Below, piece after piece: positions 1-7,999 of a DNA stretch of 64,000 bases. A model generated the notes under the pieces. The model had not been told where the DNA came from, searched no databases, and was given only the letters and a program-made list of their open reading frames with translations. The DNA comes from Candidatus Dormiibacterota bacterium (GTDB lineage Bacteria > Chloroflexota > Dormibacteria > Aeolococcales > Aeolococcaceae), in contig OY970355.1 of NCBI GenBank assembly GCA_963718525.1, forward strand, positions 1,024,001 to 1,088,000, in the 5' to 3' direction. A program made the translations under genes and the position numbers. Positions within the stretch are counted from its first letter, which is position 1. Every line of letters starts with the position of its first letter.

Positions 1-370
1 CGACGATCGAGATGAGGTTCTGACCGTTGGCGGCACCGACAGCGCGGACCGCGCGCGGCCGGCATCGCCGTCCCGCCAGGATGGACAGACGACCTCGACG
101 ACGGGTCTGTCGCCGGTATCGTGGACGTCGACCGGGGCGTTGCTGATAAGCGCCACGGCTCCGCAGCACAGCTCGGCGGAGGCCAGCGCGTCAGCAACGC
201 CCTCAGCACATCGTGCGCACCGTTTGGGGGTTCCCGCGCGTCGGGCCCCCGTGCGGGGTCGGCCGGGTCAGCCGCCTCGACGAGGGGTTGGAATAACGAT
301 TGAGGAGGTTGGTCAGTTCGATTGGTTTCTCTTGGCCGGGAGAATGCTACAAGCGATTCATGGTGCGCCG

Positions 371-1606
371 TCAGTCTCGCGGGACCGGAACCACCACGAG
401 CGCGATCCTGACGAGCCGTTGCTTGTCCCCAACATGATGGAGATACACGGTCGGGTTCCCGGCTACCGGTGACCCGTCGCGGATGTACTGTGCGTGCCCG
501 CGGAGCGACTGCAGAGCCTTTTCACTCAGCCCAGTCACGTCGTCCTCGCGCATGAAGAGAACCAGTGCTGCCTTGGTGTCTCGCCAGACGAGGTACCCGA
601 GGAGCTGGTCCACAGCTTCGCTGAACGCCTTCTGGCCAGCCCAGAACTTGCACTCTGCGATGAAGACGGGTCCCTCAGCGGTGACCACGAAGATGTCAGT
701 CTTGCCATTCCGGCTGAAGGTCTCCCCGCTCGCTTCGCCGAACGTGTTGTTCAAGATGAGCAGGAGGATGTCCCGCAGCCCCTGCTCTGGCAGCGAGGCA
801 AACGTCACTGGCAATCGCTCGATGAGACGACGAAGTGTGCCGAGGAACTCGATGATCTGGATGTAGCCCTCGTCGCGCAGGAAGGGTCCTCCAGCCCGAT
901 CGGCCGTCGACCCGACGACGGGAACAAGACCGCGACGCGGTACCTCCACGGCGAGCGCGGCGTCTGCGTCGGCCCTGCGACGTATCGGAAGACCGAGGGC
1001 TGATTCCAGGCTCTGACCCGTCTCCAGGCGCTGGCGCCGTCGCTCCAGAGCCTGACGAACTCGGTCCAGGAGAGTGTGGTTGAACCCTCGGATGTCGCTG
1101 ACGGCCCAGCCAACGTATTCGCCGATCTTGACGAAGGCTTCGTCCACGGACGACTTCATGCCGGCCTGCACCTCCGCCGAGGCGGCGGCATCGGCTGCGA
1201 CGGTCACAGTGACGACGACCGCGTGGTCGCGAACATCGCCGTGCGGCGGGTTCAATGTGAAGCGACTGGGAGAGAGATCGAGGATCTCGGGATCGCCTTC
1301 GAATGTCTCGTGTACCTCGATGCGATGGCCAGGGATGAACGCCGGACGACTACGGTCGAACACCGCACGTGCCCAGTCCCGACTGACGTCGATCCGCGTC
1401 TCCTGTACCCCATCGACAATGTACCGGTCGCCTGTGAGGCTCGGCTCAGCAACCGCGAAGCGATCCACGATGGGCTGGGCGAGGTCGTTGATCGAGTCGC
1501 GCAGGATCTCGGCTGGCGCAAGTGCGTCAACCGCTTGCAGAGCGCCGCGCTCGCGCTCCCCAAGCCACTCACGCAGTTGCCTACGTTGAAAGAGAAGTCG
1601 ATCCAC
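371..1606 (-). CDS. Hypothetical protein with C-terminal PD-(D/E)XK-like nuclease domain
   Basis: Part of ORF 371..1885; the protein-like sequence begins at GTG 1606 (VDRLLFQRRQLREWL). C-terminal motif GETFSRNGKTDIFV...FIAECKFW fits the D-x(n)-E-x-K restriction-fold pattern. Confidence 0.65.
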   Translation of the reverse strand: MDRLLFQRRQLREWLGERERGALQAVDALAPAEILRDSINDLAQPIVDRFAVAEPSLTGDRYIVDGVQETRIDVSRDWARAVFDRSRPAFIPGHRIEVHETFEGDPEILDLSPSRFTLNPPHGDVRDHAVVVTVTVAADAAASAEVQAGMKSSVDEAFVKIGEYVGWAVSDIRGFNHTLLDRVRQALERRRQRLETGQSLESALGLPIRRRADADAALAVEVPRRGLVPVVGSTADRAGGPFLRDEGYIQIIEFLGTLRRLIERLPVTFASLPEQGLRDILLLILNNTFGEASGETFSRNGKTDIFVVTAEGPVFIAECKFWAGQKAFSEAVDQLLGYLVWRDTKAALVLFMREDDVTGLSEKALQSLRGHAQYIRDGSPVAGNPTVYLHHVGDKQRLVRIALVVVPVPRD

Positions 1607-1674
1607 TCCAACCCCGACTCTAGGGCTGAAGAGGTGAGGCGCGATCCCGGTCGCCGACCTCAGCAGGGGATGTC

Positions 1675-2805
1675 TTAACGATGGACCAGGTTGTCGAGCT
1701 CGGTGCGACCGCCGTCCGGCCAGTGGATGATGTGGTGGCCTTCGGTCCATGCGGGCGGTCGGTCGCACCCCGGGAAGCGGCAGCCCTGGTCGCGAACAAC
1801 CAGCGCGGTGCGGAGGTGCGCCGGGATCGTCCGCGTGGCCCGTCCCACCGAGAGCGGCAGTGCATGCGTGCTCGCAGCCATCCACGCCAGATCCTCAGCA
1901 GGCGGCGCCACCATCACCACCGTCCGCACCGCGTCGCAGGCGATGCGGCGTGCGGTCTCGGGATGGATCGGACCCACACGGCCCAACTCGGCCGGCGCTG
2001 CAGCGGCGCCGGAACGGAGCGTGTCCGCGCTCACCGTGACGGTGAGATGCGGCCGCTGCCCGTGCACATCGCGGTGGTCTCCACAGCGCAGCTGGGTGGT
2101 CGCAAGATCGACCAGCGCGTCGGCCCTGCGCTGGGACGCCAACCGCTCTTCGCCCCAACTCATCCCGTGACTGAGCGCATCGATCGCCGTCTTCACCAGC
2201 GCGCCGCCCTCGGCGTCGAGCTCACCACGGAGGACGAACACGCCCCCATAGGTCTGCTCGCACTCGAACCAGCGGCGTTCGTGGGCGCGGTTGTCATCGG
2301 CGAGCACCCCATCGGGGTCGAGGCGCAGCCGGGTGGCCTGGGTGAGCATGCGCATGGCCCGGGGCTCAAACGTCTCCGCCGCGCCCACCAGGACGTGCTC
2401 GAAGGGCGCCAGCTGCGCCACGCCGACATCCTCGGCGAGGTGGGCGATCATGGTCACGTTGCTGAAGGAGGCGCGCCCGGTACGAGCGCTGTCGAGCGTG
2501 GCCGGCAGCTCTCCCAGGGTCCGGGCCAGGTGGACGCGGTAGGCGGCCGCCTTCACGGTCATCCCGCAGGCACGTCGCAGCCAGGACACCGTGCTCCCCC
2601 CGCCATCGGCCTGGGCGCCCCGCTCGCGATGAAAGCGGTGCAGACGGCGGATGGACTCGGCCTCCAGCCGATCGATCGCCCGGCGGATGTCGACGATGTC
2701 CTGACCCAGGGCGTGCGTCGAGAAGCCGTCGATGGACTCTCCGACGAGGGTATCGACCGCCTCACGCAGACGGTCTCGCGCATCCGGTATGGCGAACGCT
2801 TCCAT
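1675..2805 (-). pseudogene. DUF222 / HNH (REP13E12-like) protein, C-terminally truncated
   Basis: Motifs QRRADALV, ARRIACDA and RDQGCRFPGCDRPPAWTEGHHIIHWPDGGRTELDNLV, then HR-stop. The usual LCxxHH end of the HNH motif is absent. Start ATG 2805 follows TATAAT. Confidence 0.75.
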
Positions 2806-2812
2806 ACAGGAT

Positions 2813-2833
2813 ATTATACCAAACACCTGTTCG
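2813..2833 (-). promoter_or_regulatory. -10 box (TATAAT) with adjacent Gram-positive-type LexA/SOS box
   Basis: Minus strand reads CGAACAGGTGTTTG-G-TATAAT-7 nt-ATG and matches the consensus CGAAC-RNRY-GTTYG. Confidence 0.7.
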
Positions 2834-2944
2834 CCACAACAGGGACAATGTGGCCTCACAAGTTGTAGCCACTTCCGGCAATAACCCCCGCGACGCCGAC
2901 GGGTCGATGTTCCGGCGGGGATCATTCCCTGTTGGACCGAGGCG

Positions 2945-3075
2945 GTGCCCTCACCCCTGAATCCAAGCCCGAAACCGGTGTCAAGGATCAGCCGAACCCC
3001 ATTCGTCGGGGGTCAGCCGAAGCCCTGTAAAGCCTCAGCCGCATGCCTTTTGACAGGCATCAGCCGAAGGTACAC
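2945..3075 (-). ncRNA. Candidate structured RNA or repeat array: four CGGCTGA linkers separating short hairpins
   Basis: TCAGCCG on + at 2988, 3013, 3035 and 3060. Intervening segments are self-complementary (ATGCCT/AGGCAT, ACCCC/GGGGT, ATCC/GGAT), and the ends GTGTACC/GGGCAC can close the junction. Confidence 0.4.
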
Positions 3076-3085
3076 ATCACAAAAG

Positions 3086-3124
3086 TGCCCGCTCAGGGAT
3101 TCGAACCCTGGACCTTGGGATTAA
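3086..3124. repeat. att site: displaced 3' half of tRNA-Lys (39-bp direct repeat)
   Basis: TGCCCGCTCAGGGATTCGAACCCTGGACCTTGGGATTAA is identical to 21358-21396. Confidence 0.95.
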
Positions 3125-3192
3125 GAGTTTCACGGTAGCAATCTCGGCGGTACCCCTGGCTATTCTGAAGCTCGCCGCCAACGTCCGCCAAG

Positions 3193-3232
3193 AACTGTTG
3201 GAGTACGTGGTAACTGTTGTAAGAACCGTTGT
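3193..3232. repeat. Putative integrase arm-type binding sites (left end)
   Basis: AACTGTTG (3193), AACTGTTGT (3212) and AACCGTTGT (3224); the same motif recurs at 21271 and 21283. Confidence 0.65.
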
Positions 3233-3870
3233 CGAGCTGCGCCGTTCTAGACTCCTCGCGTTCGCTGCGTTCAAGGCTTGGGGTGTCACACGTGGGCCGA
3301 AGACGACGAGAGGTCAAGCCACATGGCCGCCGCCAGATCGACAGCGTGCAGATGCAGCTGGTGGAGGCAATGTGGCTTGCATTCCCACTGAAAACGGCCA
3401 CCGAGGTCGCTGCTTTCGCCAGAGTGAGCCGGGACACTGCCTGGCGGCACCGAAGACAACTCGAGGCCGCCGGCCGGCTCCCGGTCATGAGTCGAAAGGA
3501 GCGCGGTCGAGCGCGTACAAGCGCGCGATTTGCTGAAATGCTCAGTGACCCGGACAACGTTTTCCGCACGCGCAAACGAAGGCGACCGCGGACCGGTTGG
3601 TGGACTCGGACCGAAATCCAGATCGAAGGCCCCCTAGGTGGACAGATCTGGACGTCGCCTTCGTTCCCCGATCTTTTCCCTCCAGACTACGTGCCGAGCG
3701 AGGAGGAGCTCGCCACTCGAATGCAAGAACGCATGGGTCAAGTGTTCGACGACTACTTGCGGCGCGTCCGTCCGAGATTGCTTCGAGAAGCGCTCGAACG
3801 CGTCAAGGGAGAGTTGACTCCGATCATGCATGTGCGCGTGCTCGTCTCATCCGCTGCCAACGCGCCCTGA
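3229..3870 (+). CDS. Hypothetical protein with probable helix-turn-helix (element regulator)
   Basis: Segment TATEVAAFARVSRDTAWRHRRQL is HTH-like; start codon uncertain. Confidence 0.5.
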   Translation: MSSCAVLDSSRSLRSRLGVSHVGRRRREVKPHGRRQIDSVQMQLVEAMWLAFPLKTATEVAAFARVSRDTAWRHRRQLEAAGRLPVMSRKERGRARTSARFAEMLSDPDNVFRTRKRRRPRTGWWTRTEIQIEGPLGGQIWTSPSFPDLFPPDYVPSEEELATRMQERMGQVFDDYLRRVRPRLLREALERVKGELTPIMHVRVLVSSAANAP

Positions 3871-3939
3871 CTGCCCACCAATCCAACTCCAACAGCCGGA
3901 CAAGTTGGGCATAGCGCGACCTTCGGCACACTTTGACGT

Positions 3940-4131
3940 ATGGGTACTCCAGCCCCGAGGCGGCTGCTCCTCTCAGTTGAGCAAGCAGCGGAGATGCTCT
4001 CGATTCGACGGACGCTAATGATGCGTCTGATCTACGAAGGCGAGGTGGGATCGGTAACCGTCGGTCGGCGGCGGCTCATCCCGACATCGGCCCTCGAGGA
4101 GTTCGTTGATCGACGTCGCGAGGAGGCCTGA
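3940..4131 (+). CDS. Excisionase-family DNA-binding protein (HTH_17)
   Basis: 63 aa, LLLSVEQAAEMLSIRRT...SVTVGRRRLIPTSALEEFV is typical of this family. Confidence 0.88.
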   Translation: MGTPAPRRLLLSVEQAAEMLSIRRTLMMRLIYEGEVGSVTVGRRRLIPTSALEEFVDRRREEA

Positions 4132-4143
4132 TTTGCCGCCTGA

Positions 4144-4512
4144 ATGGACCTCTTCGATATTCGATATGGCCCAGCGGCCAGCGGCGGCGAGCGTGGAATC
4201 GTGGCCGCGAGATCGAAAATGGGCCCACGGTCGCCTGCCTTCAGCGCGAGCCGGGGCGCGCGGGTGACCAGCGACGGCCCTGTTTCAAGGGCTAGCCTCG
4301 GAAAGATGGGTCGATCCAGACGCATCCCGCCCCGGAGCGATCTGTTGTCCATCATCGAGCACGCCAAGCCGTGCACGGTCCGGCAGGCCTTCTACCAGGC
4401 GACGGTGCACGGCGTCGTTCCGAAGACCGAGGCTGGGTACGACAAGGTCCGTCGACTGCTCGTCGAGACGCCTCTCGATGAGCCTTCGGGGTCAGCCGAG
4501 ATCTGCACGTGA
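4144..4512 (+). CDS. Partial duplicate of the N-terminal winged-helix part of the downstream Toprim protein
   Basis: Shares KPCTVRQAFYQATVHGVVPKTEAGYDKV with 4509..5402. GTG 4264 is equivalent to GTG 4509. Confidence 0.55.
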   Translation: MDLFDIRYGPAASGGERGIVAARSKMGPRSPAFSASRGARVTSDGPVSRASLGKMGRSRRIPPRSDLLSIIEHAKPCTVRQAFYQATVHGVVPKTEAGYDKVRRLLVETPLDEPSGSAEICT

Positions 4513-4753
4513 CCGCGGCTGGCCTTGGTTCTGGGGCCAGCCTCGGAAAGGTAGGTCGGCCCAGAGACATCACGACGCGGGTCGATCTGTTGTCGATAGT
4601 TGAGGGCGTCAAGCCCTGCACGGTCCGGCAGGCCTTCTACCAGGCGACGGTGCACGGCGTCGTTCCGAAGACCGAGGCTGGGTACGACAAGGTGGGTCGA
4701 CTGCTCGTCGAGATGCGTCTCGATGGCTCGCTGCCGTGGGATTGGATCGCCGA
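4264..4753 (+). repeat. Tandem duplication, 245-bp period
   Basis: 4372-4448 is identical to 4617-4693 (77 bp); the flanks are diverged but alignable. Confidence 0.9.
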
Positions 4754-5402
4754 CCACACGAGGTGGATGCGCAAGCCGACCACGTTCGGGAGCCTGGAGT
4801 ACGCCGCCCAATGGTGGGCTGCCGGCTATCGGCGAGATCTGGTGCGAGCTGTCGGCCGAGTAGAAGTGTGGCTCGAGAAAGACGCCCTGGCAGGAGTGAT
4901 CTTCCCCGTCACGGCGGAATGGGACGTGCCACTGATGGTGACGCGCGGTTACTCCAGCCTCTCGTTTCTGCACACCGCAGCCGAGGGATGGCAAGCCGGA
5001 GGCGACTGCCACGAGCCTGTGACCGTCTACTACCTCGGCGACCATGACCCCAGCGGATGCGACATTGATCGAAACATTGAGAAACGGCTTCGGAGCTTTG
5101 CGCCAGACACAAACTTGACGTTCGAGCGCATCGCGGTCACCGTCGACCAGATCACGGACTGGGACCTGCCCGAAAGGCCCACGAAACGTTCGGACATCCG
5201 GTCGCGGGGTTGGGTGGGCGGCAGCGTCGAGCTCGATGCCGTCCCCCCCGACAACCTGCGTGACCTTGTTCGCGGAGCCATCCAAGCGCACGTGGATCTC
5301 GAGCAGCTCGACCGCATCCGGAGGGCCGAGACAGCCGAGCGCGAGTCCATCCGTGACTTCGCCGACGCGCTACGAGACGGACACGGTGAGGCCGAGCTCT
5401 GA
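4509..5402 (+). CDS. Spo11/topoisomerase VI-A-like Toprim protein (Mini-A-like)
   Basis: TVRQAFYQ resembles the TxRxxYY catalytic-Tyr motif. Toprim motifs VEVWLEKDAL, RGYSS, YLGDHDPSG and VELDA are present. Confidence 0.7.
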   Translation: MTAAGLGSGASLGKVGRPRDITTRVDLLSIVEGVKPCTVRQAFYQATVHGVVPKTEAGYDKVGRLLVEMRLDGSLPWDWIADHTRWMRKPTTFGSLEYAAQWWAAGYRRDLVRAVGRVEVWLEKDALAGVIFPVTAEWDVPLMVTRGYSSLSFLHTAAEGWQAGGDCHEPVTVYYLGDHDPSGCDIDRNIEKRLRSFAPDTNLTFERIAVTVDQITDWDLPERPTKRSDIRSRGWVGGSVELDAVPPDNLRDLVRGAIQAHVDLEQLDRIRRAETAERESIRDFADALRDGHGEAEL

Positions 5403-5449
5403 GCGCGAATCTCGATCCGGTCGAATACTCGTGCAACGAGGGCCCGCGT

Positions 5450-6481
5450 GTGTACAGCATCGACGACGCACGGCGGCGCTTCAAGGAGTCGATTGAGCAC
5501 CTACCAGTCCTCGGCGTCGATGGGTTCATCGTCAAGGGCTGGTCGCACTTACTGGCAGGCTGGTGGCGCTTGGGTAAGAGCGAGTTGATGGCGGCAGTGA
5601 TGCTCCCTTGGCTACGTCTCGGGCTCCGCGTTCTCTGGATCAGCGAGGAGCCTGACAGCGTGTGGGCCGACCGCGCCGACATGTGCGATGGACTCTACGA
5701 GCCGATCCCCTGGGGTGGCCTCACGCTGGTCGACGCGCTCAGTGGCACGTCAGCCGAACTACTCGACGTCGCGTCTCGCTTCGAGGGCGACATCGTCATC
5801 ATCGATACGGTCCAGGAGGTCTGCGGGATCGAGTCGATGAGGGACGACGATGCCGTACACCGCGCCATGACCCCGTGGCTTCGAACGCTTCGCGACAAGG
5901 GCGTCACGAGCATCTATATTGCCCAACACCGCAAGGCGGCGGGCGAACACGGCCAGCGAGTGATGGGGTCCGTGACCCTGCCTGCGAAGTTCGACGTCGT
6001 TCTTGAGCTCGAGGATGTCGAGGGCTACGACCGACGCCGCCGTTTGACTGCTCGTCGACGACGGAGAGAGGTCCTTCCGGTGGTATACGAGATGGACGAT
6101 GAGGGCCGCATCGTCTTGGTTGCCGATGCGCGGTCGCGAAGCAGAGTGGAGGTAGAGGCTTCAGTACTAGCCATCGTCATTGCCAGCCCCGAGGGCCTGA
6201 CCACAGCCGAGGTAGAACGCCGGATGACGCCGAAGCCATCTCGGGATACGGTCCTTCGGGCCTTGATCGCTCATGCACAGGCTGGCCGAATCCAACGCGA
6301 CCCAGTGATCACGGAGCCGGCGACAAGGCGGACGGTCACCTGGTTACGGAACCTACCGACGCCACCAAATCTGCCGCAAGATCTCCACTCCCTATCGGTA
6401 GAGATCAGCGCGGCAGACGGTGCTGCGGCAGATTCGTCCACCTCAGCCGCACTCGGCCAGCCCGTGTGCGCGATGCCGTAG
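5450..6481 (+). CDS. RepA/AAA_25-type (SF4-like) helicase with C-terminal HTH
   Basis: Walker A AGWWRLGKS, Walker B IVIIDT, motifs QHRK and VMGS, C-terminal LTTAEVE...SRDTVLRAL. Confidence 0.72.
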   Translation: MYSIDDARRRFKESIEHLPVLGVDGFIVKGWSHLLAGWWRLGKSELMAAVMLPWLRLGLRVLWISEEPDSVWADRADMCDGLYEPIPWGGLTLVDALSGTSAELLDVASRFEGDIVIIDTVQEVCGIESMRDDDAVHRAMTPWLRTLRDKGVTSIYIAQHRKAAGEHGQRVMGSVTLPAKFDVVLELEDVEGYDRRRRLTARRRRREVLPVVYEMDDEGRIVLVADARSRSRVEVEASVLAIVIASPEGLTTAEVERRMTPKPSRDTVLRALIAHAQAGRIQRDPVITEPATRRTVTWLRNLPTPPNLPQDLHSLSVEISAADGAAADSSTSAALGQPVCAMP

Positions 6482-6485
6482 CCCC

Positions 6486-7193
6486 ATGTCCGACGGTGTG
6501 TCTTCGATGGCGTCCGCATCCCATGGCGCGCGCAAACCGGAGAACAAACGAAGAGGACGCACCAAAGGGTATGGCGGCCAGAAAGGCGGCGCACACCAAG
6601 TCACCTGGTGCGATGACCCCATCATCCTTGACCGCATTCGCATTGGTCTCAAGCCGTGGATGGAACGACGATCGCCTCTCGAATGTCTCGAAGTCATTCG
6701 CACGCACATGGCCGACGCTCATCCAAACGAGCCGCCGATCTCCGCGCGAACCATGTACGAGGACCGCCAGCGAGCAGGCATGTTGATAACGCGCGACCTA
6801 GAAGCATTGCGATCAGAGCACGTCGCAGAACTCGACCACGTTATCCGGCGGGCTTGGGAGCTGTTCGAGTCGACTGCGCAAGGCCACGCGGCGCTGTTGG
6901 GGACCATCTCCCAGACGATCGAGCGCAAGGCCAAAGTTGATGGAACGCTCAATCCCAAGGCAATCGCTATCGGTTCGTTGGCGATCGCTGGACCGTCGAC
7001 GCTGGGAAAGGTCGATGTCGACATGTCCGATGAGACGATGGCGCGCATCTTGGCTACTGCCATGGATCTGCGCGAGTCTCATGGTCTGATCGTCGATACC
7101 GGCGCTGGTTTCATCTCACCACTACCGGCGCTGAACAACGAGCTGGACAAGGAGGGAGACGATGGCATCGACGACTATGTCGAGCGGCTCTGA
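6486..7193 (+). CDS. Hypothetical protein resembling phage small-terminase/HTH proteins
   Basis: Pattern LRSEHVAELDHVIRRAW...IERKAKVDGTLNP resembles proteins found upstream of phage large terminases; recognised by eye only. Confidence 0.4.
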   Translation: MSDGVSSMASASHGARKPENKRRGRTKGYGGQKGGAHQVTWCDDPIILDRIRIGLKPWMERRSPLECLEVIRTHMADAHPNEPPISARTMYEDRQRAGMLITRDLEALRSEHVAELDHVIRRAWELFESTAQGHAALLGTISQTIERKAKVDGTLNPKAIAIGSLAIAGPSTLGKVDVDMSDETMARILATAMDLRESHGLIVDTGAGFISPLPALNNELDKEGDDGIDDYVERL

Positions 7194-7253
7194 ACTGCCA
7201 CAAGGATTGCGATGCGCCGGTTCCCAACGATGTCTGCCGCGCTGAAGCGGTGA

Positions 7254-7997
7254 TTACGCAGCCGGCTCACGGAAGAGATCGATTACACGCTCCACCACGG
7301 TGACCGCTGCTCCTCGAACGAGAATGCCAAGTTCAAGGTTCGGACCGGCAAGACCGGCACCGGTAACGTTCGCGCTCCCAACATACGCGGCCCGGGAGTC
7401 CGATGTGAGTGCCTTGAGGTGCGCCCAGGGAGCATCGTCGCGCAACGCAGCGACGGAGAAGTTGTTGCGTTCGCCACCTCTTGCAATGGTCGAATGGAGT
7501 TCCTGGAGAGCAGCGCCTGCATGGGTGGACCGGGTCGGCAACAGGATCTCGACGCGGACGCCGCGTGCGGTCGCCGCTGCGAGAGCGTCGCCGAGATAGG
7601 AGATGCCTGGAACGTCGATGAACGGAGCGACCAAGCGCACTGTCGCGGTCGCCTCGGTCACGAGCTGCACAAGGGTCTCTCCGGTCGTACGGGTAAGACC
7701 CGGCGGCAGCGACATGTTTCCCGGCAGTGAAGCGACGAGGTCCCACGGCGCGGCTGTCGCGACCGAGCGACGCCCGAGAACCCATGCGGCTCCGAGGTCG
7801 CAGGCAGTGTCGATCCGGGCTCTGTTGCCGCCGAAGTGAGCACGTAGCACCTCAACGAGATCGGGATCGAGAGCGAGCCTGGAGGCCTCTCGGCGATCAA
7901 CTCGGGCAGCCGTGAGGAGGCCGGTGAGGTCGCGCGCAGCGCTCCACGGATCGGGCGCGGCGTAGAGAACTCCGCCGACCAGTTCGGCGTCGTGCAC
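7254..7997 (-). CDS. drmC: DISARM phospholipase D-family nuclease
   Basis: Single HKD motif HLKALTSDSRAAYVGSAN. GTG 7997 lies directly after the drmB stop. Confidence 0.82.
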   Translation of the reverse strand: MHDAELVGGVLYAAPDPWSAARDLTGLLTAARVDRREASRLALDPDLVEVLRAHFGGNRARIDTACDLGAAWVLGRRSVATAAPWDLVASLPGNMSLPPGLTRTTGETLVQLVTEATATVRLVAPFIDVPGISYLGDALAAATARGVRVEILLPTRSTHAGAALQELHSTIARGGERNNFSVAALRDDAPWAHLKALTSDSRAAYVGSANVTGAGLAGPNLELGILVRGAAVTVVERVIDLFREPAA

Positions 7998-7999
7998 CG

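Noticed and set aside
1-370. Short ORFs at the window start
   Set aside because: No recognisable motifs and the context is cut off by the window edge.
2945-3075. CRISPR array or hammerhead ribozyme
   Set aside because: Repeats are only 7-9 bp with 13-16 bp self-complementary spacers, there are no cas genes, and the CUGANGA/GAAA core is absent.
4264-4753. Diversity-generating retroelement TR/VR pair
   Set aside because: Differences between the copies are not adenine-specific and there is no reverse transcriptase in the window.
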